A stretch of 20,000 bases of DNA from an uncultured virus (IMG/VR IMGVR_UViG_3300026095_000001) (IMGVR_UViG_3300026095_000001); one strand, 5' to 3'; counted from the stretch's first letter, positions 9,478 through 18,557 are shown. Notes: generated by a model from the letters alone, not told the origin. Program-made: numbers and translations.

Positions 9478-9804
9478 ATGCCTGAATATTACAAGAAGGT
9501 AGTATGCCGGCAGTTCACGCTCTCGCCGGAAGAAAAGGAGGCCATTGCCAAGAAGCAAACGGTCACTTTCGAGGGACAGCCTGTCCGGGAGTCTGCGGGA
9601 GGGAGGTACCATATCTTGCTCCCGATCGGCGATCGATTAATCCCCGTACACGAGTCGGATTGGATTATTCGAAATCCTGAGATAGAGATCAAGCGCGACC
9701 ACGAATTCAAAAATCAGTACGTCTCTTTTGATAACATCGATACGGTAGCGTTAGAAACTCGACTGAGCGATATCCGGGCACAGAAAGCCAAAAATTCAAT
9801 ATGA
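9478..9804 (+). CDS. Small hypothetical phage protein (108 aa from ATG9478)
   Basis: ATGA overlap with the next gene. The pattern YKK..CRQF ... SDWIIRN ... EFKNQY loosely resembles the widespread phage family KKPV.IEA..F...GDWII...F..TY. Confidence 0.7.
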   Translation: MPEYYKKVVCRQFTLSPEEKEAIAKKQTVTFEGQPVRESAGGRYHILLPIGDRLIPVHESDWIIRNPEIEIKRDHEFKNQYVSFDNIDTVALETRLSDIRAQKAKNSI

Positions 9805-10934
9805 AGGTATTTTACGCAGATGACGCTACGCCGGGCTATGGCGGTATCCCTACGGATGTGATTGCCGCGCTGGCAAAGAACGGCGTGCAGACCAAAGAAG
9901 AAGGCGGTGAAGAAATTCCCAACATTGTAACCAAAGCAGAGGAACCCGCCGCTCCTGAGCCGGCTGCTACGCCCGAGGAGGTTAAGCCACCGGCTCCCGT
10001 TGTCACTACCACCACGACGAGCGCTGCTGAACTTACGAAAGTAGAAGTAAAGGAGCCGCCCGTCACGGTCAATTGGCGGGATGAATTGAAGAAAGCGCAG
10101 CTGGCGGAAGTATTGAAAGAGTTAGGCTTTGATGATAAAATGGTAGGTTTTGCCAACACCTGGAAGGCAGGTGGTGACCTTACCAGTTATCTTAAGGCTG
10201 CACTCATTGATTACAACAAGATGTCGCCAGAGGATTTGATGCGCCAGCAGCTGGCGGAGGAATATCCGGAATTCAGCCCCGAGGATTTAGCCGAATTGTA
10301 TAGGGCAAAAATTATAGATCAATACAAGCTAGACCCAGATGTCTACAGCGAGCAGGAAGTGAAACGCGGAAAGCTGCTGTTAACAGCAGATGCCAAGAAG
10401 ATAAGGCAAGAGTTAACGAACCGGCAGCAAGAGTACATCCTGAATGCAAAACCTCCCGAGCTTCCTGATCCAACCAAAGAGTTGGAGGCGCAGGCTCGGC
10501 AACAAGATGAAGATCGCCAAAAGGCGTTGGATATATATAAGGCCGCATTCGATAGCCATCAAGCTACCAAAGACCTGTTGTCAAACAAGGTGTTGACCAT
10601 AGGAGAAGGTGAAGATCGGTTTAATTATGAAGTGGCGGACCCGAATAAGGTGCTGAGTATTTTGCAGGACCCCGTTCTCTGGGCGCAAACCGTTTTCAAT
10701 CCGGACGGCACACCGCAAATAGAAAAGCAACTGGCCATGTCGGCCGTAGCGATCGACCACAAGGGCGTGTTTCGTGAAATCTTCAAAGCAGGCAAAGCGC
10801 AAGGCGCGAAGCAAGCTCTGGAGCAATTAGAAAATGCTAAGAAACCAGATGCCCCAGCAGCGGCATCGGAAAAACCACTCACACCCGCCCAGGCATTAGC
10901 TAAGAGCGGCATCCTGACGTTTGATAACTTTTAG
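9801..10934 (+). CDS. Capsid scaffolding/assembly protein
   Basis: 377 aa with an acidic P/E/A/T-rich disordered N-terminus followed by helical coiled coil. It lies immediately before the capsid gene. Confidence 0.72.
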   Translation: MKVFYADDATPGYGGIPTDVIAALAKNGVQTKEEGGEEIPNIVTKAEEPAAPEPAATPEEVKPPAPVVTTTTTSAAELTKVEVKEPPVTVNWRDELKKAQLAEVLKELGFDDKMVGFANTWKAGGDLTSYLKAALIDYNKMSPEDLMRQQLAEEYPEFSPEDLAELYRAKIIDQYKLDPDVYSEQEVKRGKLLLTADAKKIRQELTNRQQEYILNAKPPELPDPTKELEAQARQQDEDRQKALDIYKAAFDSHQATKDLLSNKVLTIGEGEDRFNYEVADPNKVLSILQDPVLWAQTVFNPDGTPQIEKQLAMSAVAIDHKGVFREIFKAGKAQGAKQALEQLENAKKPDAPAAASEKPLTPAQALAKSGILTFDNF

Positions 10935-10978
10935 GAAGCCTGCTACACAACTTTTATTCACTACTAATTTATTTTGCC

Positions 10979-12328
10979 ATGGCAGCAGGTGCACAGGGCA
11001 CGATGAACAAAGCGTTCGTCAGCGCTATATCATTCCTTGATCAGAGGGACATCAATCCAAATTTGCTCGACCAAAGCCGTGATGCGGAATTTACCGATAT
11101 CATGAAGCTGGTGGGGCGCTACAAAGAAGCAAAGGTCCCCATCTATAACTATTTTGTCAACAACGATGTATTCGCCGATGGGGTAGTCTCCTCGGTGTCC
11201 AGCGGATACGGCACGGCCATCATGACGGTGGTCCTAACGTCTGCCAGCTCTGGATATGTACGCGTGGGAGACCTAGTCCGAAGCTCGAATACTAACATGA
11301 TAGGGCAGCAGGCCTGGGTGAAGACTGTAACGAGTGTATCTGGCGTGGATACAATTGTCTTGCAGTCTGTCAACAACAACCCATTGTACGCCGTTGCTAC
11401 TGATATCCTGGCCTTTTCTTCTAATGCATTTGGTGAAAAGTCGGATGCGCCGGTAAACCGTAAGTACGGCGTTACGCGGTACATCAACCAAGTGCAGATT
11501 TTCCGGGAAGTGGATGAGATCACGGATATCCAAAAGGTTTCCAAGATCGAAGTCTCCATCAATGGGCAACCGTATTACACACCGTTGAACCACATTTACA
11601 AGCTGAAATCCCTGAATGGGTTTATTTCAGCGCAGATGATCGCGGGCGTACAGTCAACCACTTTGTATGCTGATAGCAACCCTTATCTCGCGGATGCCAA
11701 TGGTAACCCCATTCAGACAACCATGGGGCTGGATCAATACGTCACCACCTATGGGATTTCTGGGCAGGTAGCTACGCTTGGCACCGTCGGATTCACCGAT
11801 GTTAACACGATGATCGATAACTTCATCGCCAACAAAGCGCCTCATCAACAGATGGGCTTCTGCGGTAGCCGCGCGAAACGACCCTGGGATGTCTGGTTGA
11901 AGAACCTTGGCTCTTCCGGCGTTACTTCAGTACGTCTGATCATCGATGGCCGTTCGGTTGATATGGAAGTAGATCACTTCCGGTACGGCAATTTTGAATT
12001 CGACTTCATTTACTTGCCGATCATTGACCATCCCCAGCTTTTTGGGCCTACGGTTGTACCGGATATCAACGGTTCAATCTACTGGGTCCCTAAGGATAAA
12101 ATACGGGTAGAAGGCGGAGGTATGGAAGCCCGCTTGCAAATTCGTTATCTGCCCAAGCCAATGGCGGGCGGAAACAGCATGAGCAACGGGATCATTACCG
12201 AATGGCATACCGGCGCCTTGGCTCCCATCCCCACGAACAGTGTCATGGTATGGCATACCGATTGGTATACCAACCAAGGCCTGGAAGCGCTTGGGCTCAA
12301 GCATTTTCAAAAATTCCGTGTTGTATAA
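10979..12328 (+). CDS. Major capsid protein (HK97 fold expected)
   Basis: 449 aa, follows the scaffold, has an AT-rich leader and a terminator after it. Capsid-like motifs: SNAFGEKS, NQVQIFRE..EIT, TTMGLDQYV. Confidence 0.85.
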   Translation: MAAGAQGTMNKAFVSAISFLDQRDINPNLLDQSRDAEFTDIMKLVGRYKEAKVPIYNYFVNNDVFADGVVSSVSSGYGTAIMTVVLTSASSGYVRVGDLVRSSNTNMIGQQAWVKTVTSVSGVDTIVLQSVNNNPLYAVATDILAFSSNAFGEKSDAPVNRKYGVTRYINQVQIFREVDEITDIQKVSKIEVSINGQPYYTPLNHIYKLKSLNGFISAQMIAGVQSTTLYADSNPYLADANGNPIQTTMGLDQYVTTYGISGQVATLGTVGFTDVNTMIDNFIANKAPHQQMGFCGSRAKRPWDVWLKNLGSSGVTSVRLIIDGRSVDMEVDHFRYGNFEFDFIYLPIIDHPQLFGPTVVPDINGSIYWVPKDKIRVEGGGMEARLQIRYLPKPMAGGNSMSNGIITEWHTGALAPIPTNSVMVWHTDWYTNQGLEALGLKHFQKFRVV

Positions 12329-12337
12329 GCATATATC

Positions 12338-12365
12338 AGCAGCCCCGTAAGGCTGCTATTTTTCT
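12338..12365 (+). terminator. Rho-independent terminator after the capsid gene
   Basis: AGCAGCC-ccgtaa-GGCTGCT followed by ATTTTTCT. Confidence 0.8.
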
Positions 12366-12383
12366 CACTTTAACCAAAATTCA

Positions 12384-13271
12384 ATGTTACGCGCTGTCAA
12401 AGGCTACAACGATCTATCCGAAGGGCTCCGCAAAAAGCTCAATGAGGAGCGGACGCTTGTCGGCAAATATGCTCGGTACAAATTTTACATCGCCCGCAAA
12501 AATCCCGATGGGCAACACAAGCCTGGCGAGGAGTACATCTATCCGGCCTTGTATACACTCACGCCTGTCACCTTTTCTATCGTGGAAGATAGGGTACCCA
12601 AACAGATTGGGCTCTATGATGGGTATGAGGTACATAATGACGAACAGGAAGTACGTTTCCGGCGTGTCAATTTGCGGGACCGGGACGAAGGTATATTAAC
12701 CCTTGACATGAGTGTGCCGGAACACGTGGAGGTGTTCGAATACCTGGAGCTACACCCAAAGAACGAAAATGGATTTTTCCGGGATAAGAACATCCCGGCC
12801 ATGTTCTGTCGGACCGATGAGTTGAAGGAAGCCAAGCAACGCCTTCGCACCAAAGAATTGCGGGGACAGGCTATGGTAGTGGCAACGCGTATGAACGAAC
12901 AGGAGGTGAGAAATTTCGCTGCTGCCATGAACTGGAATGAGCTGGAGGATCACGAAATCCTGAAAGATAGGATGATCGAGATTGCGGACAAGGACCCTGA
13001 GTTCTTTCGCAAGTTCGTTGATGATCCCGCTAATGAATACAGGGCGACAGTCCGCCGCGCCATTGATGCGAATATTATTTCCTGGATTCCACTGGAAAGC
13101 AAGTTCACCTGGACATCCAATGGAAGTGTCATAGCGGTCCTCGATCGACAGGGCGCGGCGAAGTTCCTGGAAGGCATGGCGGAATGGCTCATCACTTCCA
13201 AGAACGGCCCAGAAACCTATAAGAAATTGAAAACGCTTCTTTCTGGAAAAGAGGTGGTTCATAAAGAATGA
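12384..13271 (+). CDS. Head-associated hypothetical protein (post-capsid gene)
   Basis: 295 aa with a good A-rich start context. It occupies the slot directly after the capsid gene; no function recognised. Confidence 0.8.
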   Translation: MLRAVKGYNDLSEGLRKKLNEERTLVGKYARYKFYIARKNPDGQHKPGEEYIYPALYTLTPVTFSIVEDRVPKQIGLYDGYEVHNDEQEVRFRRVNLRDRDEGILTLDMSVPEHVEVFEYLELHPKNENGFFRDKNIPAMFCRTDELKEAKQRLRTKELRGQAMVVATRMNEQEVRNFAAAMNWNELEDHEILKDRMIEIADKDPEFFRKFVDDPANEYRATVRRAIDANIISWIPLESKFTWTSNGSVIAVLDRQGAAKFLEGMAEWLITSKNGPETYKKLKTLLSGKEVVHKE

Positions 13272-13296
13272 TGATTCGGTTGAATTTTGGTTAGAG

Positions 13297-13330
13297 TCTC
13301 GCCGATGTCTTCACACTGGCGGGAATTTAT
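13297..13330 (+). terminator. Stem-loop / weak terminator after the 295-aa gene
   Basis: TCTCGCCG-A-TGT-cttc-ACA-C-TGGCGGGA followed by ATTTAT. Two G-U pairs form only on the + strand. Confidence 0.55.
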
Positions 13331-13343
13331 CGAAAACAGACTT

Positions 13344-14585
13344 ATGCCCGATCTATCGCAATACATATCGATTGGGGTGACGTTGGATAAGAGCCAGCCG
13401 ACGCCCACGCTCCGGATAATTGATAACTCCAATTATCCCATGGGTGTCGCGCAGACCATCGCTGGAATCCTTTCTGTCACACAGCCGGATAACATAACCG
13501 TGGCGAATACCAACTTTTCCAGCCCCGACATCTATTGGGATAGCGGCGCGTTGGTGCCAGCAGACCTGGAGCTCCGTCTTGACAATTCCAACACTTTTCA
13601 ACGCGGGGGAAGCGGCTACCGGATCACCTATACGGTACGGGCGCCTGGGTATTCCGATACGGTGTTGATGAAGGTTTTTCCATTGACCTATACGCCGCCC
13701 AGCATTGTCATTTCCAATAACTTTGACATCTTCACGCCTGATCTCAGTGTGCAAGATGCAACCGGATACACACAATCGTCGCAAGATTTCGTTTCGGTTG
13801 CCAGGAGCTGGAGCGCCGATATCATTTCCGTGTTAGGCGTGACGCAAACCATTTCAGGAACAGGGCAAGTATTCGATTTGAATTACTTGGGTAGCTACTA
13901 CGATTCCCAATATGATATTACGCTCACCATCTTTCCGCAATGGCGGCTTCAGGGGGTATACAATTTCGTGACCATTATCGATGATCTCGTCGATACCCTC
14001 ACGCTCTATGCGCAAATCCCTCCGACATTATCCGCATTGCAAGCATCTTTGGCAGCACTAAAAACACAACTGGATGCGGCTGTCTGCGATTGCAATACCT
14101 ATATCATTTTATTTGATCGGTATAATCTGGCTTCCTCTATATATGCTCAGCTGGTAGCGAGGGGACAAAGCGGATCGCTGGCTGGACTCGATACGTATGT
14201 CTATCAGCTGGAGAAGATATTTAACAACAACGTCAACCCGACCTACGTCAATACCAATACGCTCATACCCCCCTACGACTGGGGCACCGGCAGCGGATCG
14301 GTGGCCTGGACGAATATTACTGGAAAACCGAATACCGTTACCGTCGAGTGGCTAGTGGGTGATGTCGGGTTCCCCGGACCTGGATCGACTACGTTTACGA
14401 ACGCCAATCTGACCAACGTGCCTGTAGGCAGGGTGTATGTATTCAGAAACGGCCTGCCGCAATTCTCCTCTAATCCAGGTGATGGGGACACGTACTATTC
14501 CAAGAATACGGCAGACAATTTTCTCACTTTTTCATTAGCGCTTGCGTCCAGTGAAAAGATTATCGTCCTAATACTACCATTGTGA
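13344..14585 (+). CDS. Virion structural / tail-associated protein (413 aa)
   Basis: Start reassigned to ATG13344 (MPDLSQY), downstream of the hairpin. Beta-rich and T/S/V-rich, with the fibre-type motif WTNITGKP and a C-terminal VYVFRNG..Q module. Confidence 0.7.
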   Translation: MPDLSQYISIGVTLDKSQPTPTLRIIDNSNYPMGVAQTIAGILSVTQPDNITVANTNFSSPDIYWDSGALVPADLELRLDNSNTFQRGGSGYRITYTVRAPGYSDTVLMKVFPLTYTPPSIVISNNFDIFTPDLSVQDATGYTQSSQDFVSVARSWSADIISVLGVTQTISGTGQVFDLNYLGSYYDSQYDITLTIFPQWRLQGVYNFVTIIDDLVDTLTLYAQIPPTLSALQASLAALKTQLDAAVCDCNTYIILFDRYNLASSIYAQLVARGQSGSLAGLDTYVYQLEKIFNNNVNPTYVNTNTLIPPYDWGTGSGSVAWTNITGKPNTVTVEWLVGDVGFPGPGSTTFTNANLTNVPVGRVYVFRNGLPQFSSNPGDGDTYYSKNTADNFLTFSLALASSEKIIVLILPL

Positions 14586-16918
14586 TGAAAAAGATTCTTT
14601 TTATAGTACCACTTTTGGTCGCATTAGTATGCACAGGACAACAGATACAATATCTGGGGGGTCCTACCACGCAGATTTACATACGCGGGGAATTGCGTGT
14701 AGACACCGTAGTCTATTTTCCGCTACGCGATACCAACTTTACCCCCTCTCGAATTGGGGGGCTGGTGGTGAAGGGAACACAACCATATATTTGGACAGGT
14801 ACGAAATGGACGGCCATGTGGACGGGGAGCCCCATTTGGGGACAGATTGAAGGTACGTTATCGGATCAAACAGATTTGCAGACAGCGCTCAACGCCAAAC
14901 AAAATACCATTTCGGCCGGGTATGGTATTAAAATAGCAACGAATACTATTTTATTTGATTCGGCCAACGTACGGAAAGTCGATACGGTATATCGGCTCAC
15001 GGATTCTACATTGGCATTTAAGATTAATGGCATTTCTTATTCCGTACTCCTTCGCGGAACAGCGGCGGGAGGTATTAACTCTCTTGTATTGAGTGTCCCT
15101 TCCGCTCTTTTCACGACGCCAGTCACGTTCAGCAATACGGGAGGGGCCTGGACCGGTACACTGAGTACGCCGAACCAGTCAGCCAATGCTTTTTTCGCTG
15201 GACCTTCGATTGGCTCGCCTGCCCAGCCCGCATTCCGGCAATTGGCCACGGCTGACCTTCCTACGGGCATTCCCAATGGTAATCTGGCGACACCTTATTT
15301 GAATTTTGGTATTGGGACCTCCGGTAGTGATGTTAATTGGAACGCCACACCGGTGAACCTCGGTGGCACTGCTACCCTCAACGTGCCGGATGCAAGCGCT
15401 TCGAACCGGGGAGCGCTGAAAGCCGTCGACTGGAGCTTTTTCCATGGAAAACTAGATTCGGTCCATATTTCCAATGACTCGGTATACAATTGCGCCAATG
15501 GTACTTGCACGTTACAGAGTGTGCTGGTCGACGCGCTGGCCAGAGCGTTGGGGTCCGCGCACCTTTTCGTAGGTAACGGGAGTAATATAGCGACCGATGT
15601 AGCGCTATCCGGCGATGCCTCTATCGTTAATACCGGCGCATTAACAGTAACGGGACTTAAAGGGAAAGCATTACCCAGCCTTACGCCGGGTGTCCTTCAA
15701 TACAATGGCACCAACTGGCTGCTGAACAGCGCAGGCGTCACCGCCGCTTACAATGGGTTGACCGACAGCAGCGGCACCGTGAAACTGGGAGGGGCGCTGA
15801 ACCAGAATACGGAAATCGATGATTCGACTACCGATCCATACTACATCCATTTTAAGACAACGCCGGCGCCGGGGGCCTCCTATAACCTCGGTCCCTTCCC
15901 GCGTTTTTTCTTCGGCGAAACGGTTACGGTGCCTACGGCGGCAAATACGAACTACATTAACGATACCCACGACAACCTCAACTCACCCATTGTCGTGTCC
16001 CGGAATGTAGCGATACCGGATTTCAATAACGTCCCCTTTTTGACGCTCACGTCCGGAGATGGTCTGCAAATCAATGGCTGGCTTTTCAAAAACTTCACGT
16101 CCGTGGCCGGCAAATACGAGCCGCGTCTAATGACCTTCAATAACCAGGATTCGGCTATCCAGCAACATGGGTACTACCACATCGCCTATATGAAACATGG
16201 GCGCATGACGGGATCAGTCTCCAGCGCTTATGTCTTCGCATATGAGAACGTCGACTCCTTCAGTCTCTCGAATAAAACCGGCAGCATGGTGAACCACGTG
16301 GCTTCGTTTGTCCTGGAGACCGGCAGCTTCCATCCCTTTACGGTAGACAGCGCATGGCATGCACGTATCGGCGATACTGGTTCCATCGGGAACATTACGG
16401 CGGATGGGCAACTGGAGCTGGTCAATGACCAGACCCCCTGGGGAGTCATCAATAAGAACAATCTAGGAAAAAATGTATTCAGGGGCAAAGTGACCATCGG
16501 GGGATTTTTTCCGGCGACCGACACCAGTCATCAACTGACGGTGATCGGTGATGCAAAGATCAACACCAATCTTTATTCGAATCACCTGCTTGGACTGGGG
16601 AGCGCGCCGGCCAGCAGCGCGCTGGGGACGAATGTCACCAGCCTCACGATAACGGGAAGCGATGCTTATATGAAATTAGTGCTGGTGACCTCCGGTGCGG
16701 TCTCTGGAAGTCTGGGAACCATTACCTATGCGACGGCATGGGCCAATACCCCAATTGGTGTGATCAGCTATGGCGATGCGATAACCGGTGCAGCGGTAGC
16801 GGGATCAGGCGGGGGATACATCGCCTATGGGGCGACCAGCACGACTCAAGCGACGTTGTCCGGAGTGATTACAGGAGCGGGGACGTATACTTTTTATGTA
16901 CACACAGGAGGAAATTAG
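14585..16918 (+). CDS. Tail fibre-like protein with an N-terminal signal peptide (777 aa)
   Basis: TGATG coupling to the upstream gene. Signal peptide MKKILFIVPLLVALVCTG|QQ. Fibre-type motifs WGQIEGTLSDQTDLQTALNAKQ, FFAGP..G..AQPAFRQL..ADLP and PDASASNRGAL..DW; G/T/S-rich overall. Confidence 0.75.
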   Translation: MKKILFIVPLLVALVCTGQQIQYLGGPTTQIYIRGELRVDTVVYFPLRDTNFTPSRIGGLVVKGTQPYIWTGTKWTAMWTGSPIWGQIEGTLSDQTDLQTALNAKQNTISAGYGIKIATNTILFDSANVRKVDTVYRLTDSTLAFKINGISYSVLLRGTAAGGINSLVLSVPSALFTTPVTFSNTGGAWTGTLSTPNQSANAFFAGPSIGSPAQPAFRQLATADLPTGIPNGNLATPYLNFGIGTSGSDVNWNATPVNLGGTATLNVPDASASNRGALKAVDWSFFHGKLDSVHISNDSVYNCANGTCTLQSVLVDALARALGSAHLFVGNGSNIATDVALSGDASIVNTGALTVTGLKGKALPSLTPGVLQYNGTNWLLNSAGVTAAYNGLTDSSGTVKLGGALNQNTEIDDSTTDPYYIHFKTTPAPGASYNLGPFPRFFFGETVTVPTAANTNYINDTHDNLNSPIVVSRNVAIPDFNNVPFLTLTSGDGLQINGWLFKNFTSVAGKYEPRLMTFNNQDSAIQQHGYYHIAYMKHGRMTGSVSSAYVFAYENVDSFSLSNKTGSMVNHVASFVLETGSFHPFTVDSAWHARIGDTGSIGNITADGQLELVNDQTPWGVINKNNLGKNVFRGKVTIGGFFPATDTSHQLTVIGDAKINTNLYSNHLLGLGSAPASSALGTNVTSLTITGSDAYMKLVLVTSGAVSGSLGTITYATAWANTPIGVISYGDAITGAAVAGSGGGYIAYGATSTTQATLSGVITGAGTYTFYVHTGGN

Positions 16919-16947
16919 CAACCATTGAGGCAAAATACTATCATTAT

Positions 16948-17304
16948 ATGAAGGCATTACTTTTTTTCTGCCTATTTGTGCCCCTTTTGGCGGCTGGGCA
17001 ATCGCAGGCGAAGCCCATATTGAAGGCGAAGATCAATATTGATTCAGCCGCGATCCATTATCCGAATTCTGTCGTGCATGTCAATGCCGACTCCTGCAAG
17101 GGGCATGTGACGCTAACGCAATGGCTGCAAATAAGCGGCCCTACCCGGGCGATCTTCACGCCTATTCTCGGTACTTCCATGGCTATTTCCGGGTTGCAGC
17201 CGGGCACATACCGTTTTCAATTATTCATCAATGGTAACAATGATGATACGGCCTCTGCTTATATCAATGTTAAAATGTATCCGCCTGTATTTCGTAAGCA
17301 GTAA
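16948..17304 (+). CDS. Exported Ig-like (PKD/K319L-type) single-domain protein (118 aa)
   Basis: Start reassigned to ATG16948. Signal peptide MKALLFFCLFVPLLAAG|Q, then the PKD-like pattern W.QISGP...ISGLQPGTYRFQL. Confidence 0.72.
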   Translation: MKALLFFCLFVPLLAAGQSQAKPILKAKINIDSAAIHYPNSVVHVNADSCKGHVTLTQWLQISGPTRAIFTPILGTSMAISGLQPGTYRFQLFINGNNDDTASAYINVKMYPPVFRKQ

Positions 17305-17540
17305 TGGAAACAGTGCTGCTTCAATATGGAATTCTAGGGGTAGTCGTATTGGGATTAAGCGGCTACATCTTGCGCATTGAATCTCGTCACCGCAAAGAGC
17401 GGAAAGAATGGCAGGATATTCAATCGAGTCAATTTAAACGAATGAATGAACTGGGCGATGAGACGAACGAAGTGATTAGGGAGCATACCAACATGTTGTC
17501 CGGACTCAAAACCCTATTAGAAAACAAAAAATTCAGATGA
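17304..17540 (+). CDS. Holin-like protein (single N-terminal TM plus coiled coil; BhlA/UviB-like)
   Basis: TM segment LLQYGILGVVVLGLSGYIL followed by a charged helix; located in the lysis region. Confidence 0.6.
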   Translation: METVLLQYGILGVVVLGLSGYILRIESRHRKERKEWQDIQSSQFKRMNELGDETNEVIREHTNMLSGLKTLLENKKFR

Positions 17541-17827
17541 CACCGTTGCTATTTGCATCCGAGATGATGCTGGTCGCGATCGCCACGATGGCCTTTGTCA
17601 TATTCTGGGATTTGTATAGGAGCCAGGACGGAAGGCTTCGGCTGATCATGATGGCGTACATGCTGGTCGAAATATTAATTTATCTGGGATCAGGCGTTTT
17701 TTTCTGGATGACAGAAAAAGGATATACGCACATTAATATAGTTGCTTTCAGCCTCTTGGTCTTGCCTTTCAAACTAGCTATCAAAACCATTCTATTGATA
17801 TGGGTCCGCTGGAACGATGGATTATAA
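17537..17827 (+). CDS. Small 3-TM membrane protein (holin/antiholin candidate)
   Basis: 96 aa with three hydrophobic stretches; ATGA overlap with the upstream gene. Confidence 0.65.
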   Translation: MTPLLFASEMMLVAIATMAFVIFWDLYRSQDGRLRLIMMAYMLVEILIYLGSGVFFWMTEKGYTHINIVAFSLLVLPFKLAIKTILLIWVRWNDGL

Positions 17828-17837
17828 ATTATACACT

Positions 17838-18092
17838 ATGAATACATCTTTTTTTTCGGAACTCGTTGCCCGACTCGGCAAGAGGAACCCAAAATTTTTC
17901 GATTACATCCAAGTGGCCGCGCTTGTACTGGGATCCCTGTCGGCTGCTTTCAACTTCATCGATGAGAGGGGCACCATGTTACCTCCCTGGCTAACCTGGA
18001 TAAAGAGCACTACTGTCATGATTACCAGCGCGGTGACGGCCATTGTCGCTCAATTGCCAAACAAAGACGTTAACGAGTCAACCAAAAAATAA
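17838..18092 (+). CDS. Putative 2-TM holin
   Basis: Amphipathic N-terminus (..ARL...PKFF..IQ), two TM helices and a basic C-terminus. ATG17838 is preferred; ATG17817 is the alternative start. Confidence 0.65.
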   Translation: MNTSFFSELVARLGKRNPKFFDYIQVAALVLGSLSAAFNFIDERGTMLPPWLTWIKSTTVMITSAVTAIVAQLPNKDVNESTKK

Positions 18093-18095
18093 TAT

Positions 18096-18554
18096 ATGAG
18101 TCTTAAAAGTTTTATCGATGGCATATGGTCGGCCATTAAAGGCCTATTCCATAAGCTGGAACAGGAAGAAAAGAAGCTCCTCCCCATCGTGATCACGGTG
18201 GTGCAGAACATCAAGAATTTCACGGATAGTCCTGTCGCGGATGTCATTACGGCCCTCATTCCAGGTGATGTGGATGACAGGATCAGAGAGAGGCTGGAAG
18301 ATTATCTGCCCAAAATCTTGATGGAGCTGAACATGCTCAATACCTGTCAGGCGCTTCCGGATGCCAATGCACAGCTGCAATGCATTTTACAAAACCTGAA
18401 GTTATCCTCAGACTCGGCGAAGGATATCTATTATCATGGGTTGGCTTCGTTGATCCTGACGGACCTGTCGGATGGAAAACTTTCCTGGAGTGATTGCGTG
18501 GGGATCGCAGAGTACTATTACAAAAACATTTGGAAGGAGCAGCCGGCAGCGTAA
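18096..18554 (+). CDS. Hypothetical protein (152 aa, amphipathic N-terminal helix)
   Basis: A-rich start context and contiguous with the lysis genes; no family recognised. Confidence 0.7.
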   Translation: MSLKSFIDGIWSAIKGLFHKLEQEEKKLLPIVITVVQNIKNFTDSPVADVITALIPGDVDDRIRERLEDYLPKILMELNMLNTCQALPDANAQLQCILQNLKLSSDSAKDIYYHGLASLILTDLSDGKLSWSDCVGIAEYYYKNIWKEQPAA

Positions 18555-18557
18555 CTA

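Noticed and set aside
12202..12260. 11-bp direct repeat ATGGCATACCG in the capsid gene
   Set aside because: It reflects a repeated W-H-T peptide; too short to imply a DGR or recombination site.
12202..12699. Alternative-frame ORF spanning the capsid stop (possible frameshifted capsid extension)
   Set aside because: It crosses the terminator, overlaps the next gene, has no domain-like sequence and shows no convincing slippery heptamer.
13287..13343. TTG-started N-terminal extension of the 432-aa ORF
   Set aside because: It overlaps the antisense element and hairpin; ATG13344 has the better A-rich context.
4417..16918. Stop-codon reassignment as in some crAss-like phages
   Set aside because: Genes are intact in the standard code, and TAG, TGA and TAA all terminate genes at sensible boundaries (e.g. 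TAG at 5007, 10934, 16918).
16738..16947. 70-aa N-terminal extension of the 188-aa ORF
   Set aside because: It overlaps the fibre gene and is not protein-like; the signal peptide starts at ATG16948.
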